NCBI GenBank assembly: GCA_021432655.1
Contig: MU271326.1
Coordinates: forward strand, 1-64,000
Length of the DNA: 64,000 nt
DNA from: Atractiella rhizophila
Taxonomy: Eukaryota
Direction of reading: 5' to 3'
The notes below the pieces were generated by a model that saw nothing but the letters and a program-made list of their open reading frames with translations, was not told the DNA's origin and ran no database searches. This document shows positions 48,401-60,764 of this stretch, in pieces; within the stretch, counting starts at the first letter, position 1; every line of letters begins with the position of its first letter. Position numbers and translations under genes: made by a program.

Positions 48401-51400
48401 TGAAATTGGGCTTGCAAGTGAGAATGGTTTACCATTATGCTCTGGATGTCGCTTCTGAGGGGGAATTCTGTCGGTCTAAACCGGTTCGTAACGATTTTCA
48501 AAATCAGTCGCAATGGGAGAATGCTATGGAGAAATGGGAAGCTGGAAATGCGAGAGCGGTGGCCATACTCCTTGCCAATCTATATGTGATGGCGGCGAAT
48601 CAACTTTCTGAACAGGACTGCCGGGTCGCCAGTGCGATCGTTGCGAAGATGCGTACCCTTTTTAGTACCACGCAGGCAGTCATGGGTCATACCATTTTTG
48701 CACGATTAGTCAATTTTCATCAAGGGGGATCTGGATCTGGATCAATGGCGCAATTCATAACCGACTGGAATGCGATTTACACCGAATTGGTTTCTGCCGA
48801 TGCGTCTTATGCACTTTCCAATGCGGTCAAGTTCCTCATTTTCGTCAATCTCCTCGAACAGGAATGGAGAAAATTTGCCTTGAACCCAAAGAATGTAACT
48901 CGAAACGATATCACCGACCTCTTCGAAAAATTGAAGGCAGAAGACATGACGAACACCGTCATCGAAAATGGGGACACAGGGATGAACCCGCGTTATCAAA
49001 GGGAAATGAGTGTTTACGCCGTATCGACTTCATACTCCCGATCTGTGCCCCTGCCCCCGTCGTCCCAACCTCCGATGGGATCCTATACTCCTATGCCTCA
49101 ATGGTCCCCTTCTCCTTCGCGAACATTTCAAACAGCTGACTCCTTGCCGCGATATCGTTCAACTAACCCTTACCGTACGGCCTCGTCAAATTCCCCTGCG
49201 CCTCATGCCACCACGCCTCATTTTCAATCTTCTAGCCTTAAGACCACTCAACGCCAATATCAGCATTGGTCAGTCCACCCCCCTACACTACAGCAACTCG
49301 GAAAGGAGTACCGTTGTACACGCCGCGTTTATGGCAGGCCTGGCACAAGGGTTTTTGGCAGACGGGCATGGGATTATGACGGACTGGAATTATGGCCGGG
49401 TTCAATAGCGCCTTCGGGACATTTCGTAGTTTTTGGCAGACGGGCATGGGATTATGACGGACTGGAATTATGGCCAGGTTCAATAGCGCCTTCGGGACAT
49501 TTCGTTGTACACCCGAAACAATGCGTCTACTGTCTTGGGATGGGGCATATCTCTTCCGGTTGCCACGTCCCTGCTGGCCAACGGGATACTGCCCGCGATG
49601 CTGCTTTCGCATCCATGGGTATCACTCTTTGTCCAAGTCCTCCAGGACGACCGAATTATGTCCATCCATCTGTACTGATTGCCAGCCCTGTTTTCTCGAC
49701 GAGCGATGAGCTCAATGATACCGGTATCCCACGAAGCGGCAACGACGTATTTAGCCCTGGCCTGGACGGTCGATACGATGGCAATTTGGATGGCAATGTG
49801 ATTTATTCCGGTGACTTAGCATACTGGCCTTCCTACGTTCAAGCGGCTTATGAACAACATCGTTGGCCCGTACCTCAACCTGCGCGAGATCCTGACCTCA
49901 AGATCCACCCACTATTCATCCCTCAATACACGTACGACAACCCACTTCCTTCCTCCGAATCGCATTTTCATACCCACGTTCAATATGCTCCTGATGGTGA
50001 CATGGCTTTTGAAGACGTGCTACAGGAGATCTCAGACTCGGAGTACCTGGCTTGTGTGGAGGAACACGAAGCGACCTCGAAGAAGCCCCCTCCCTCGCCA
50101 ATCAATCTTCCCTCCTTGTTTCACCTCATGCTTTTGTTTCTTTGGTTCAAAATGAAAATTTGTTTCCTTCTGTTTCTAACGATGCTCCGAATGCCTTGTC
50201 CTTTTCTTCTTGGATTCAAAATTGCTTGCCATTTGCTTTATCTAGTTATCTTAACTTTGAAGTACCTCAGCCTTTGTTTCGTCTTCTGGACTCCCCTGCT
50301 TCTATTGCCGAACGGTTCTTACCCGTCGACTACGTGGCGAACGTTGCTGCTCTCCACTCCTCCACATTTTCCGACCTTGATTCGAAAACTCACTCATTCC
50401 CTTTTACAAGCTACGATGCCGTCATACCTTCTACGGCTTTCCACTTCCTCGCGCGTGAACACCCAGATATCCCTTCCATATCTGTGGATTGCTACGTCGA
50501 CTTGGCTGCAACAGTTCACATGTCAGGCTCCACCGAACTGTTCGATGACCTCCGGCCGATATTACCTCCTGTCTTCGTTGGTGGCGCGTTTGGGAGTGGC
50601 GGATTCGCGACCCATATGGGCAGAGTTCGACCACTTCTCGAGGATCAAAGCGGGCTCTCGATTTCCCAAGCGGACCTTGGCACCGGTCTCTACGTCCCTG
50701 GACTCGGTGTCACTCTGGTATCTCATTTCGACCTCATGCGCCGTGGGAACCGATTTACCAACGACCGCCAACACCTCTTCTTTCGTCATGAAGATGGTAG
50801 ACACTTTGGTATGGCAAAGTTGGGCCAGCCAGTCGCAGATAGAACTCCAGGCGAGATCCCCCTCCCTACCTATCCAAATAGCAAACATAGCTCACTCAAG
50901 CCCGTCTGCTTTTGCAGTTACGAATTCCAAAACGTGGCATTCACGTTTAGGTCACATTGGTGCAAAACGCTGGCGGGAGCTATGTACGGGAGATTGGGTT
51001 ACAGGATTCGATTGTAATCAAACCACGTTTGAATCCTGTACTATCTGCGCAGCTGGGAAATCGAAAGCACATCCGAATCGAAGGACCACAACAACATCTT
51101 CGTTCACGAAAGGTGAACGGATTGATTGTGACTTGTGGGGGGTCCCGCGCCAGTATCTGTATTGCAGAGTGGCTACCGTTATGTACTCGGAATCGTAGAA
51201 GAGTCCACTGCCATGATATGGTGGATTCCCCTACGACTCAAGTCAGATGCCGCCATGGCTCTGAGAATGTGGATCACAGAGACAGAACGTCGTCACGGCG
51301 TTAAGGTGAAGATCCTGCGAAGCGATAACGGCGGGGAGTTCAAGTCAGTCATTTTCAAATCTTTCATACAGAAATCAGGTATCACTCACGAGACTTCAAT

Positions 51401-54015
51401 TCCATACGTTCACAACCAAATGGGGTTTATGGAACGACGTTGGTATACGATATTCCATGTAGCTCGCACAATTCTATTGGAATCTGGTTTGCCTTTATCT
51501 TTCTGGGAGAAAGCAGTTCAGTTTGCTGTTCACACTTTAAATCATCTACCCACTTTTTCGCATGGATCTTGGAAATGTCCTTTGAAATTATGCATAGGCA
51601 TAGCCCCTGATGTTTCTTCTCTTTGTACTTTTGGCTGCTTAGCTATTGTTCACATTCCAAAGGAGAGGCAGATATCGAAACTCCATCCGAGAGGGGCGCG
51701 AGGATACTTCGTAGGATATCTGCCTGGCACGAAGGGTTGGCACTTTTGGGTACCGTCGCAAAAGCGATTTGTGGAAGCGAAGGATGTCAGATGGTTCGAA
51801 GATCAGTTTTATCGGGATCGGAGTGAGGAGGATCCAGAACGCCTAAGTGACTGGACTCTCGACGAATTCATGCCCTCTGAGTTTCATAGCTTAGCTGACG
51901 AGGTTCCCGTTAACATTCCAGGTCCCGACGAAGTAGTGCCGCCCACCATGCCATCCAATAACCCTTCCGTACAACTTCCTCCTTCCGAACCCACCACCAT
52001 GTCTCCAGCTACCTCAGATATTCATATTCGGACGGAGTTAGATAACGTTGAGGGGGGGTTGCCGAGTCCTACCGCAAGCGAAGAAGCTGTGCAGGCACAA
52101 ATGGTCCCTGTTAGACAGGTACGCAAGCGTATACCACAACACTCACCTGCCCCATATCCACCCACAAACCAACGTCCACGACGTGATATATCGCGAGTCG
52201 ATTATACTGCCCAGCTGAAGGGTAAGCCATCAAACCAAAAAGGGAGGACCCATACACATTCCAATTACTTTCTTGATGCACACTTCCGATCCACTGACCA
52301 AGATTTCATTCCTTCACTAGCAAGCAGAAAGATGGCGTCTGCCGTACGCTCATCTTTACAATCATCAATCTCAGGTGAAGGCGAGGACGTAAGACGCTGG
52401 AGGTGTTTGCGGCTAATGTGAAATGGACAGGTAGTCTACACGAACCGTCTTTCAAACAAGCGCTCGCTGGGCCTGACACTGAGAAATGGTGGGAGGCGAT
52501 CTTGGCGGAGATAGTGGCGTTGAGAAATATGGGAACATGGGATGAGGAACCTGTTCCACTGCCCTCTGGCAAGAAAGCAGTGGGTTGCAAATGGATCTTG
52601 CTGATAAAGAGGGATCTAGATGGAAGCGTTATCAAGTACAAGGCACGACTCGTTGCTCGGGGTGACACAGAGACTGAGGGAGTAGATTTCGAAGACACCT
52701 TCGCTCCTACCGTGCGTATAGTATCTATTCGCACTATTCTTTCTCTCACAGCGTCCAGACGCATGAAGCTAGGACAATTCGACGTCAGCAATGCGTTCTT
52801 GAATGGAATACTGGGTGAGGAAGTATATCTTAGTCAGCCTCAAGGGTTTGTCGACCCGCAACGGCCTGCTCACGTTTACAGATTGCGAAAGACCTTATGT
52901 TGCCGACGGCAGGCAGGCAAGGGATGGAACGATACCGCCCACGCGTTCTTTATTGACCAAGGATTTACACATTTGGATGCAGACCATGGGGTATATTTTA
53001 AAAATGATGGAGAGGGACTGGCTATTGTAGCTATCCGCGTTGATGACGGTCTTGTCGCGGCGTCCACTCACACACTCATCGAGAAGCTTATTGAGAAGCT
53101 GTATACTGCACTTTGCTCGCGATTCAAAATAACGACGTCGCCGGTTGGAAATTTCCTAGGCATGAATATAACATGGGATGAAGAGAGAAGTATTATTACC
53201 TTGGACCAGGAAGCTTATGGGCACAGATGCATTGAAAAGTATGGGTTGCAGGATATGAAACCGACTAAGATGCCATGCAACATCGACGATCGGGTAACAG
53301 AGTCTTGGGTTGCCCAGACTGATGGGGAAAGGGAGTATATGAAAAGGATTCCTTACAGGGAAGCTGTGGGAGCACTGATCTATGCTGCAGTAAACACTCG
53401 ACCAGACATTCCATTCGCTGTGAACAGGGCAGCGCAATACAACGCCAATCCTGGGCGTCGCCACTGGACAATGGTTCAAAGGATGTTCAGATACCTTTTA
53501 GGCACACTGGATTTCAAACTCATTTGGGACGCAACGGGTAGCACAACCCTTGAAGGTTTTTCTGACTCTGACCATGCTGCTGACTTGGATACTAGAGGCT
53601 CGATATCTGGCGTGTGTTTCACCTGGGACGCTCAGCAATATCATGGATATCCAAGATGCAACCGACAGTCGCGATATCCTCAACTGAGGCCAAGTACATC
53701 GCACTCTCGACAGCGGCAAGGGAGGCGATGTGGCTACGGGCGCTGTTATCACAGCTTGGTTTTCCTCAACAGAATGTGACACTGATCAGGGGAGACAACC
53801 AGGGATCCCTACTTCTGGCAAAACATCCGTGTAACCATGGTAGGACGAAGCACGCCGATGTGCATTACCACTTTACGAGGGAAAAGGTAGCGTCTGGGGA
53901 GATCGTACTCGAATGGATCCCTACACAAGATATGGTAGCTGATGTGCTGACGAAGGGCCTGGGATACCTACAGCACTCTAAATTGTGCTCCGCTATGGGG
54001 CTGTTGTCTAGTTAG
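48401..54015 (+). pseudogene. copia gag-pol polyprotein with several frameshifts
   Basis: CVYCLGMGHISSGC; YVDLAATVHM (protease); WHSRLGH..CTIC; RSDNGGEF; YKARLVARG, FDVSNAFL, RVDD in place of YVDD; GFSDSDHA, KHADVHYH. Confidence 0.93.
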
Positions 54016-56772
54016 ATGCGTGATTGCAGTGTTTGACTCAGGTTTCCACTCTATTCTCAGAACTTCGAGATTCTGCTACTTCCAGTTTCTAGGCTATTAT
54101 AAATTTCATTCTAACTTTTACTCATTTCTATTAATCCTCTCCAATAATCTAGGACAATCCTGATATCGCATTTGTATGTTTGGGCACATTAATTTGTTCT
54201 TGTCTTTTTCCGTTCTTTTGCCTTTTCTACTGTTGCTCATTTTGTGTGCCCCACGCCTTGAGTGAGGGGGGGTGTGAGAGAGGGACATACCACATGACTC
54301 CGTTTTACTTCGTCGTTTTCCTTCCCTCTCTCTCTCTTGTTCTCCACTCGTCGGCACGTGTACATAGGGTTAGGGCCATCGCCAACCTGATTCCCCAGCG
54401 TTTCCACCATCTCATTTCGCTGGGGATCAGCTCACACTAGATTCATCGGATCTTCTGAAGGTAAGTGTTCAGAACTACTCCTGAGATGATGTTAGGGCTT
54501 ATTTGATGCAATTTTACAGCCTGTTATCGGATTTTCCACTTTATTTTATACCAGCATTTCCTGTGGCTATTCGCTTGGCAGTACACCTCCCTGATCAGCA
54601 TTCTGTGACCTCTAATCCTCAAGATGAGTCCCTTGGTGGCATTTTTGGCAGGAACAACCTTGCCAAACCAATGTTGATGGAGTTCTTCATGTACTGTCAG
54701 GAAAAACCCTGACATTAGTGAAGACCTTACCTATTCTAAGGCTCCTCAATTCCTTACCTGGAAGTCAGGCTCATGCTCTTGGAAATCTGGGAGAGACAAG
54801 AAGATATCGGCCGTATCTACTATGTTGCGCTGTCATAAGGGAGTTATTCCATCTGCGAATGCTTCTGCATCAGGTCGCCAGTCCGAAATCTTTTGAGGAT
54901 ATCCGAATAGTAGAGGGAACTGTCTATGAGACTTTCAAGGCTACATGTATGGCTCTTGGGCTGTTAGAAAGTGACGAAGAATGGGATTATTGTCTCAATG
55001 AAGCCAACACAGTCAAGAATGGCTTTGCAATGTGATCTCTGTTTGCCTACATCCTGCTATTCGGTGTCGTCAGCAGGCCCAGAAGATTGTGAGACAGCCA
55101 TCATGAGCAACTCAGTGACGATTGTAAACACATTCTATAGACAAAATATGTGTAGACAATCCAACAAACGAGCAAATTATCAGCCTCTGTCCTCTCAAAA
55201 TTGAAGATCTCCTCCAAGCTCATGGTAAATCTCTAAGTGACTTTGGACTACTACAACTAGCAGAGCAACTAGATAGATGGGGAGGTGAGACAAGGATTAT
55301 TGGAGAAAAACTTGCATATGATCGACCACTACTTCAGGACGTATTCAGACAGTGTTACCGTTATTGAATCTGGACCAATGTCATGCCTGTGACAAAGTTG
55401 TAGAAGCTTGGCAAAGTGGAAATGGTGGATTATTTTTTATCGATGGGCCACGAGGGACTGGAAAGACTTTTGTTAAAAACCTACTACTGCCAGGGTGTGT
55501 TCAGTGGGAAAAATTGCACTGACAGTAGCCTCTTCAGGTATTGCTGCTATTCTGCTGGAAGGACTGAGCACCATAATGTAAGATGTCAACCCAGTTGTGT
55601 TTGAGGCAATACTTTTAAGAGCACATGGTCCTTACGGCCTGGAATGTTGATGTTGACATGATAAATGATCAGCTTATTCGACAATTTGTCTTCCGACAGG
55701 AACGAATCTACCTTAGTGCTGACAGATTGGTGGACGACAGCAACAATACTCAACAAGGATTTATGCCTGAGTACCTCAACACTCTCAACATGCGGGACTT
55801 CCTCTCCGTCAGCTTTATCTCAAAGTCGGAGCCCCTAACACCCTATTACGAACCTCAATCCTTCGGCTTGGCTCTGTAATGGTACATGGTTGATCATCAC
55901 TAGCTACTCTCTTGCATTTTCAAGGGTACAATCATTATGGGAGTATTTGTGGATACCTCAGTCCTTATCTCACCACTGCTTTGGATAGCAAGGTCTCTAA
56001 TTCATTTCCTTTCACCTTATGCCGGTTGCAATTCCCCATCAAGTTGGCTTTCTGTGTTACCACCAACAAGTCACAGGGCCAGTCGGTGGAGACTGTTGGA
56101 TTTGGACACACCTGTTTTTGTGCAAGGACAACTTTATGGAGGACTTTCTAGAGTTTCAAACGCTAAGAATCTTCGAGTTTATTTACACCAAGTACAAGGG
56201 ATAGAGAATAAGAGAGCCGAAAATATAGTGTATAGACAAGTTTTGAATTTTCAAGATTGGATGCATGTAGATACACAGTGAAATCATATAGATTTATACC
56301 AAAACCCATGTACATATGTTGAGTTGGTGATGCCCAAGAGACAAAGGCACCGACACACTTGTCCTGCACTCCGAGTCGGCTACATCACAATCGAGAGAGC
56401 GGTTGTTTACAAGGTGGACATCATCATTAGCCTGACAGAATCAACGGGCTCTGTTCATTGCGTTTTAGTCACAGAGACCTGAAAGACTGTTTTGTTGGAT
56501 GTGTTGGTCAACGTTACATAGTATTCTTTTAGCTGATCCGCTTCACCGACCTTTGAGATACGAAAAGAGTGATATAGAAGAAACAAGCTTCAGGCTGTAG
56601 ACTGCTCCGTCTTCCGTTTCATAGGACGTGCTGCCATTGAGAAGTGAAAGGATCCTCATATTCCACATTAGGGGCCCGTCAGGGTAGTGCATAGATGGGA
56701 AGCTTAGATGATCGTGTAGATCTTGCAGCCTATCGCATTATTGTAAATTTTGCTTTTAGTTCTGGTTACATT

Positions 56773-59340
56773 CTAATCTTCATCCCAGTTCGGGTTCTGT
56801 TTTGGTGCCTTCAATCCAGCGGGCCTGAAAGAATGCTTTAGTCCACGTTTAGAATTAAGGGGAAAGAATTACTTGGACATGATTATACCGTCCACTCGGA
56901 GAATTGACGTTGCTGCGTCAACGGCGAGCCTCATGCCCCACTTTGTTCCGACGAGGAGATCATATATTCCAGCCTTCTTCGTATCTAGCATGCCGTCGCC
57001 GTCGCCCTTCTAACCGTTAGCAAAGATCTAGCCGTTATGATAAATACAGACCTCAACATCTACCCCAATCGCTTCCCCTCCCGCTTGCTGATGCCGTGCA
57101 TACAAGCGGCCCATCACCTCAAAACCCTCAGCTCCTCCACCGCCAGCGTTCTCCACCAGAGTCCTAGGTACCACTTCTAATGCATCCGCAAAGAGCTTGA
57201 TGGCATGTTGTTTCATCCCTGCGGCCTTCTCTCCAAACTCTGCAATCCTCTTGCTCAATTCCAGCTCCGTTGCTCCTGCACCGGGCACCAGTCTTGAGTC
57301 CCGAAGCATGGCCTTAACGACATTCAGGGAAGAACCAATGGATCGATCAAGAGCATCGAGATAGGAAGTTGTATTTCCTCGAAGGAGGATGGTAGAGGTT
57401 CGAGAGTCTGAACCCTCTTCTTGCCGGAACACAGTCACGCGATCCCCACCGATCTCGATCGCCTCAACAACTGATACGTAGCCCATTTCTTCTGCCGAAG
57501 GAGCACCGAGTCGGGCGATAGGAGTAGCGCCGACCACTCGGCATAAACGTTGGAGATCGAGTTTGGAAGGTATGCGGAGGAGGAGGATAGAGTATTTAGA
57601 AAGGTAATGGAGCGCAAGGTCGCCCACTGTTGAACCTGCAACAAGCACTTTCATCCCGGAATCGGCCAACTCTTTGATAGTCTAGACAACCGCATCAATG
57701 ACCGCCAATATGAAGAAAGGCGACAAACCTTCTCTAATTGCTCCTCCTCACCCTTGCTGAAGCCCAAAAGCTCCTCCGAGTTCTTCAGCAAAACGGTTCC
57801 TTTCGTCTCCGTCGTAGCAATGTCAACTCCGCTGGTGAAGACTCCGACTGTGGCGTTGGTCACACCCTTAACGCTGCCTATGACCGTCATCAAATCCACC
57901 TTACCACAATAGCCGCAGACTTACCTTCAGGTTCACGAGGGAACACCATTCCCTTGAGCACCTTCGACTGAGACAATGAGCCTCCCATAATCTTCACAAC
58001 GCGAATTGAGTCAGGTGTAAACTTTGTGAGATCTTTGGGCTGTGAGAAGTGTTAACTACAAGTAGGAATAAAGAAGATGGACGCACGAGAACCTGCAGAA
58101 CGGATTCTGCAACAAGTGAACTGACAAAATCTTCGTTGCCATAATGTTTGCTTCCCAGGACGGTCCTCAGGAGGGTGGTAATACTTTCCGTTGTGGGGGG
58201 AATTGGTAACGTCTGAACGGCCAGGGCTATCGTTTCTTGTCAGTCGACACCTGTTCTGAGGACATGAAGGACGCACAATCGAGCTCTTGAAGACACTTTT
58301 GACTGGCAACCTCCCATCCTTCAACGATTTCTGAAGGGTGCAGACCCATCAACAGAAGAGACTCTGACTTCTTCAGCAGCTCGCCGCAGAGCATAAGCAC
58401 CAGGTTGGATCGATCGCCGATCTGCACAAACACAGTCATTGTCAGCGCGTGAATATCGTCTGGGGCTTCATGTGTAGGCGAAGGGATTTGATCACAGAAC
58501 TAGAAAGAGAAATGAAGAAATGGACACTCTCGCTCTTTGTACGGCAGATCACGAATGGTGGGCTCTGGTTCTCAATTTCGCAGCATTTTCATGCTGAGTT
58601 AAGCTTAAGCCAGACTTCGTGGCTCTCGAACGAACGCATGTTGAACGGGAACAGCGGTGAGCAAAAAATATTGGCATTTTGACCGTCGTGAGCTGACGAC
58701 GCTGAATGCAATGGTACTTTACAGAAGGCCTGACATGAGACAGGAAGGCTGAAGAAACGCGCCAGCTCCAGCAACAAGAGCACAAAGTACACCTGTCAAT
58801 ATCGACCGGATGATACCATTTATCTTGCTTCTGAGCCGCGGTAAACGTTTTGACAACCAAAAGGACACTTCAAAATCATGTCTATCTTGATACGAAAGGC
58901 AAAGTAGATCGTGCAGGAAGGCAGCTGGTCAAACCAGACATATATTTACGCGCGTCTTTATCTCAAATAACGGGAGGGCTAACTCATATTATTTAAACGG
59001 AAATTTCCAAAAGGAAGTCTTCATTTCCCATCCTCTCAAGAGCAGAAAGACGTACCTCTTGGCTCATCGCCTCCACGTTGCTAGTGGCCATCTTTGCGGC
59101 GGGATGTACGACTTCGAGTTCCCTCAAAATGGTGGACCCCTCATTGGTGACGAAAGTGCGATCGAGGTGGTTAATCACAATCTTGTTCCTCCCTTGTGGC
59201 CCATAACACGTCCGAACAATCTCTGCCAGTTGCGACAGCGCCTGGATGTTACGGATGATCGACTCTTCGAGACCGGAGGAGAAGGTATAGCCTTCCTTAA
59301 AGAGTGGAAGGCCTGTCTTGGATGGGAGCTTGAGTGACAT
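56773..59340 (-). CDS. CCT8: T-complex protein 1 subunit theta (CCT/TRiC), multi-exon
   Basis: GLEESIIRNI, YGPQGRNKIVINHL, ELEVVHPAAK, TTETKGTVLLKN, PSKLDLQRLCRVVGATP, IEIGGDRVTVFRQ, LVPGAGATE, C-terminal NPNWDED. Confidence 0.96.
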
Positions 59341-59359
59341 AACTGCTGATTCATTATGA

Positions 59360-59636
59360 CAAGTGTGTCATCGGCCTTCGTCCCTCAGGCCCCCAACCCA
59401 CTCGCAAGGGGCACGGCCCCTTGCACCCTACTGTGACTGTTGTGAGGGTTCGAGTCCAGTATGAAACGCATTTGTTTACCCCCTTCAGAACAAAATTTCC
59501 TCGCGGCTTCAGAAAGGCGCAAGCATATGCAGTAAGGTAATTCATTTTGTTTCAATATGCCTGCTGAGGGAGACATGAACGCTCAAAAGTGCGTTTTATG
59601 ACTCATGCCAAGACGGATGGCTTTTAGAGGTAAGGA
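59360..59636 (-). mobile_element. Mini-Helitron (277 bp) ending 19 bp upstream of the CCT8 start codon
   Basis: On the minus strand A|TCCTTACCTC...GACACACTTG|T, with GC-rich hairpins GCAAGGGGC-CGT-GCCCCTTGC and GGCCT..AGGCC; last 10 nt identical to the Helitron end at 56361. Confidence 0.88.
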
Positions 59637-60079
59637 TAGCTGGTACGTACGGCAACACGAACAGATGAGACGATGGAGCCATCTTCATCACGGTTCAGCA
59701 CCCATGGTAATGGGGGGCCGGAGCACATACGCCTCCTACTTTCCGGAAGCATTCACGTCTCCTAGAATCCTTACTTTGGTGTGGGCTCAAGTTTTCTTTT
59801 CCCTTCCAATTATGCCTTCTCATTATTCAGTACCTTGCTCTCATAAAAGTGAATTGCCCTACGAGTGCGAGACCACATTCACATTGGTTTGGTCTCGCAC
59901 CTCCCAGCCTTGCATGTTGCCGCTCCCTTAAACCTATCACGTGGCGCCACCAGATGCCAATCTGGTTTCCTGTACGCTGGAATATGCTCCTTAAACATCT
60001 TCAAAACAAACTTCCCTGTCATGCCTTCTTCAAATGGGATTCCTGCTCCCCATCATCAATTTACCCCTGCCAGTTTCTC

Positions 60080-60530
60080 ACAATGGAGCTGCTGAAAGTT
60101 GTCGGGGCCTTCCCAGAGAAGGAGAAGGAATCAGCTCCATGGCAAGAGGAAGTGACACTGAAGATCAAGACAGGAGGAGGGGAGCTACCATTTGATGATG
60201 ATACAGACATTGTGGTCCAGGTTGGCATAGTGAAAGACACTATTGCCAAGATGACCCTCTCTACCTATGATGTTCTATTGCAAAGTACTGACTACAGTTG
60301 GACCTTACAGCTTTGCTCCATTATCAAACACATGCACTTGACACCACAGAGGCGGAAGTCATGGTTCAAAATACTCGAAGAGACCCTTGCTGAGTTTGGA
60401 AAGCTCTTCGATGAAAAGCTCAAAATCCTTGTCCTTGACTGCCAGACTGACTGGTCTTCAACCCACAACAAGCTCTCTTTGTGCCTTTGGTATCGGGAGG
60501 CAATAGGGAAGTCACAGCGAGTTGTCGGCT
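60080..60530 (+). mobile_element. hAT transposase fragment
   Basis: IIKHMHLTPQRRKSW...LKILVLDCQTDWSST (compare LILDVxTRWSST). Confidence 0.7.
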
Positions 60531-60764
60531 GAAGACTGCCGACCGTTAATGCTCTCATTTGACGGAAGACAAACTGCATCGAGTTGGCGGTTGCGGCCCA
60601 AATAGAGTCATAGCAAGCGATGCTGGCGCACTCAAGGTGACGACTCATAAGTTTGTCGAACTACTCCAGGATCTCTTCCTTACCCTTTCTTACGGTTGAT
60701 CACTCGCAATGACTTGGTAGCCCAAACTCGGACTTATCAGAGACTTAAACAGCCCCTGCCAAAT

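Larger units (their letters stand above)
47837..54436 (+). mobile_element. Full-structure Ty1/copia LTR retrotransposon
   Basis: LTRs 47837-48065 and 54273-54436; TSD CTAGA; PBS TGGTAGCGAGAGCC; PPT GAGTGAGGGGGGG; domain order gag-PR-IN-RT-RH. Confidence 0.97.
45668..56361 (+). mobile_element. Deleted Rep-helicase Helitron with both termini, interrupted by three LTR-derived insertions
   Basis: 5' end matches the mini-Helitron family; Rep motifs HINVE..VKYLFKYIYK and IQEYLDAR|FIGSSE; PIF1 motifs [53 protein letters not shown]; 3' hairpin then GACACACTTG|T. Confidence 0.9.

Noticed and set aside
58422..59055. TPP riboswitch or telomerase RNA in the CCT8 intron
   Set aside because: No recognisable TPP aptamer motifs and no CTAACCCTAA-type template seen.
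59380..59470. Intact tRNA gene
   Set aside because: A B-box is present, but I could not form a full T-stem, D-arm/A-box or cloverleaf, and it lies inside a Helitron-ended repeat.
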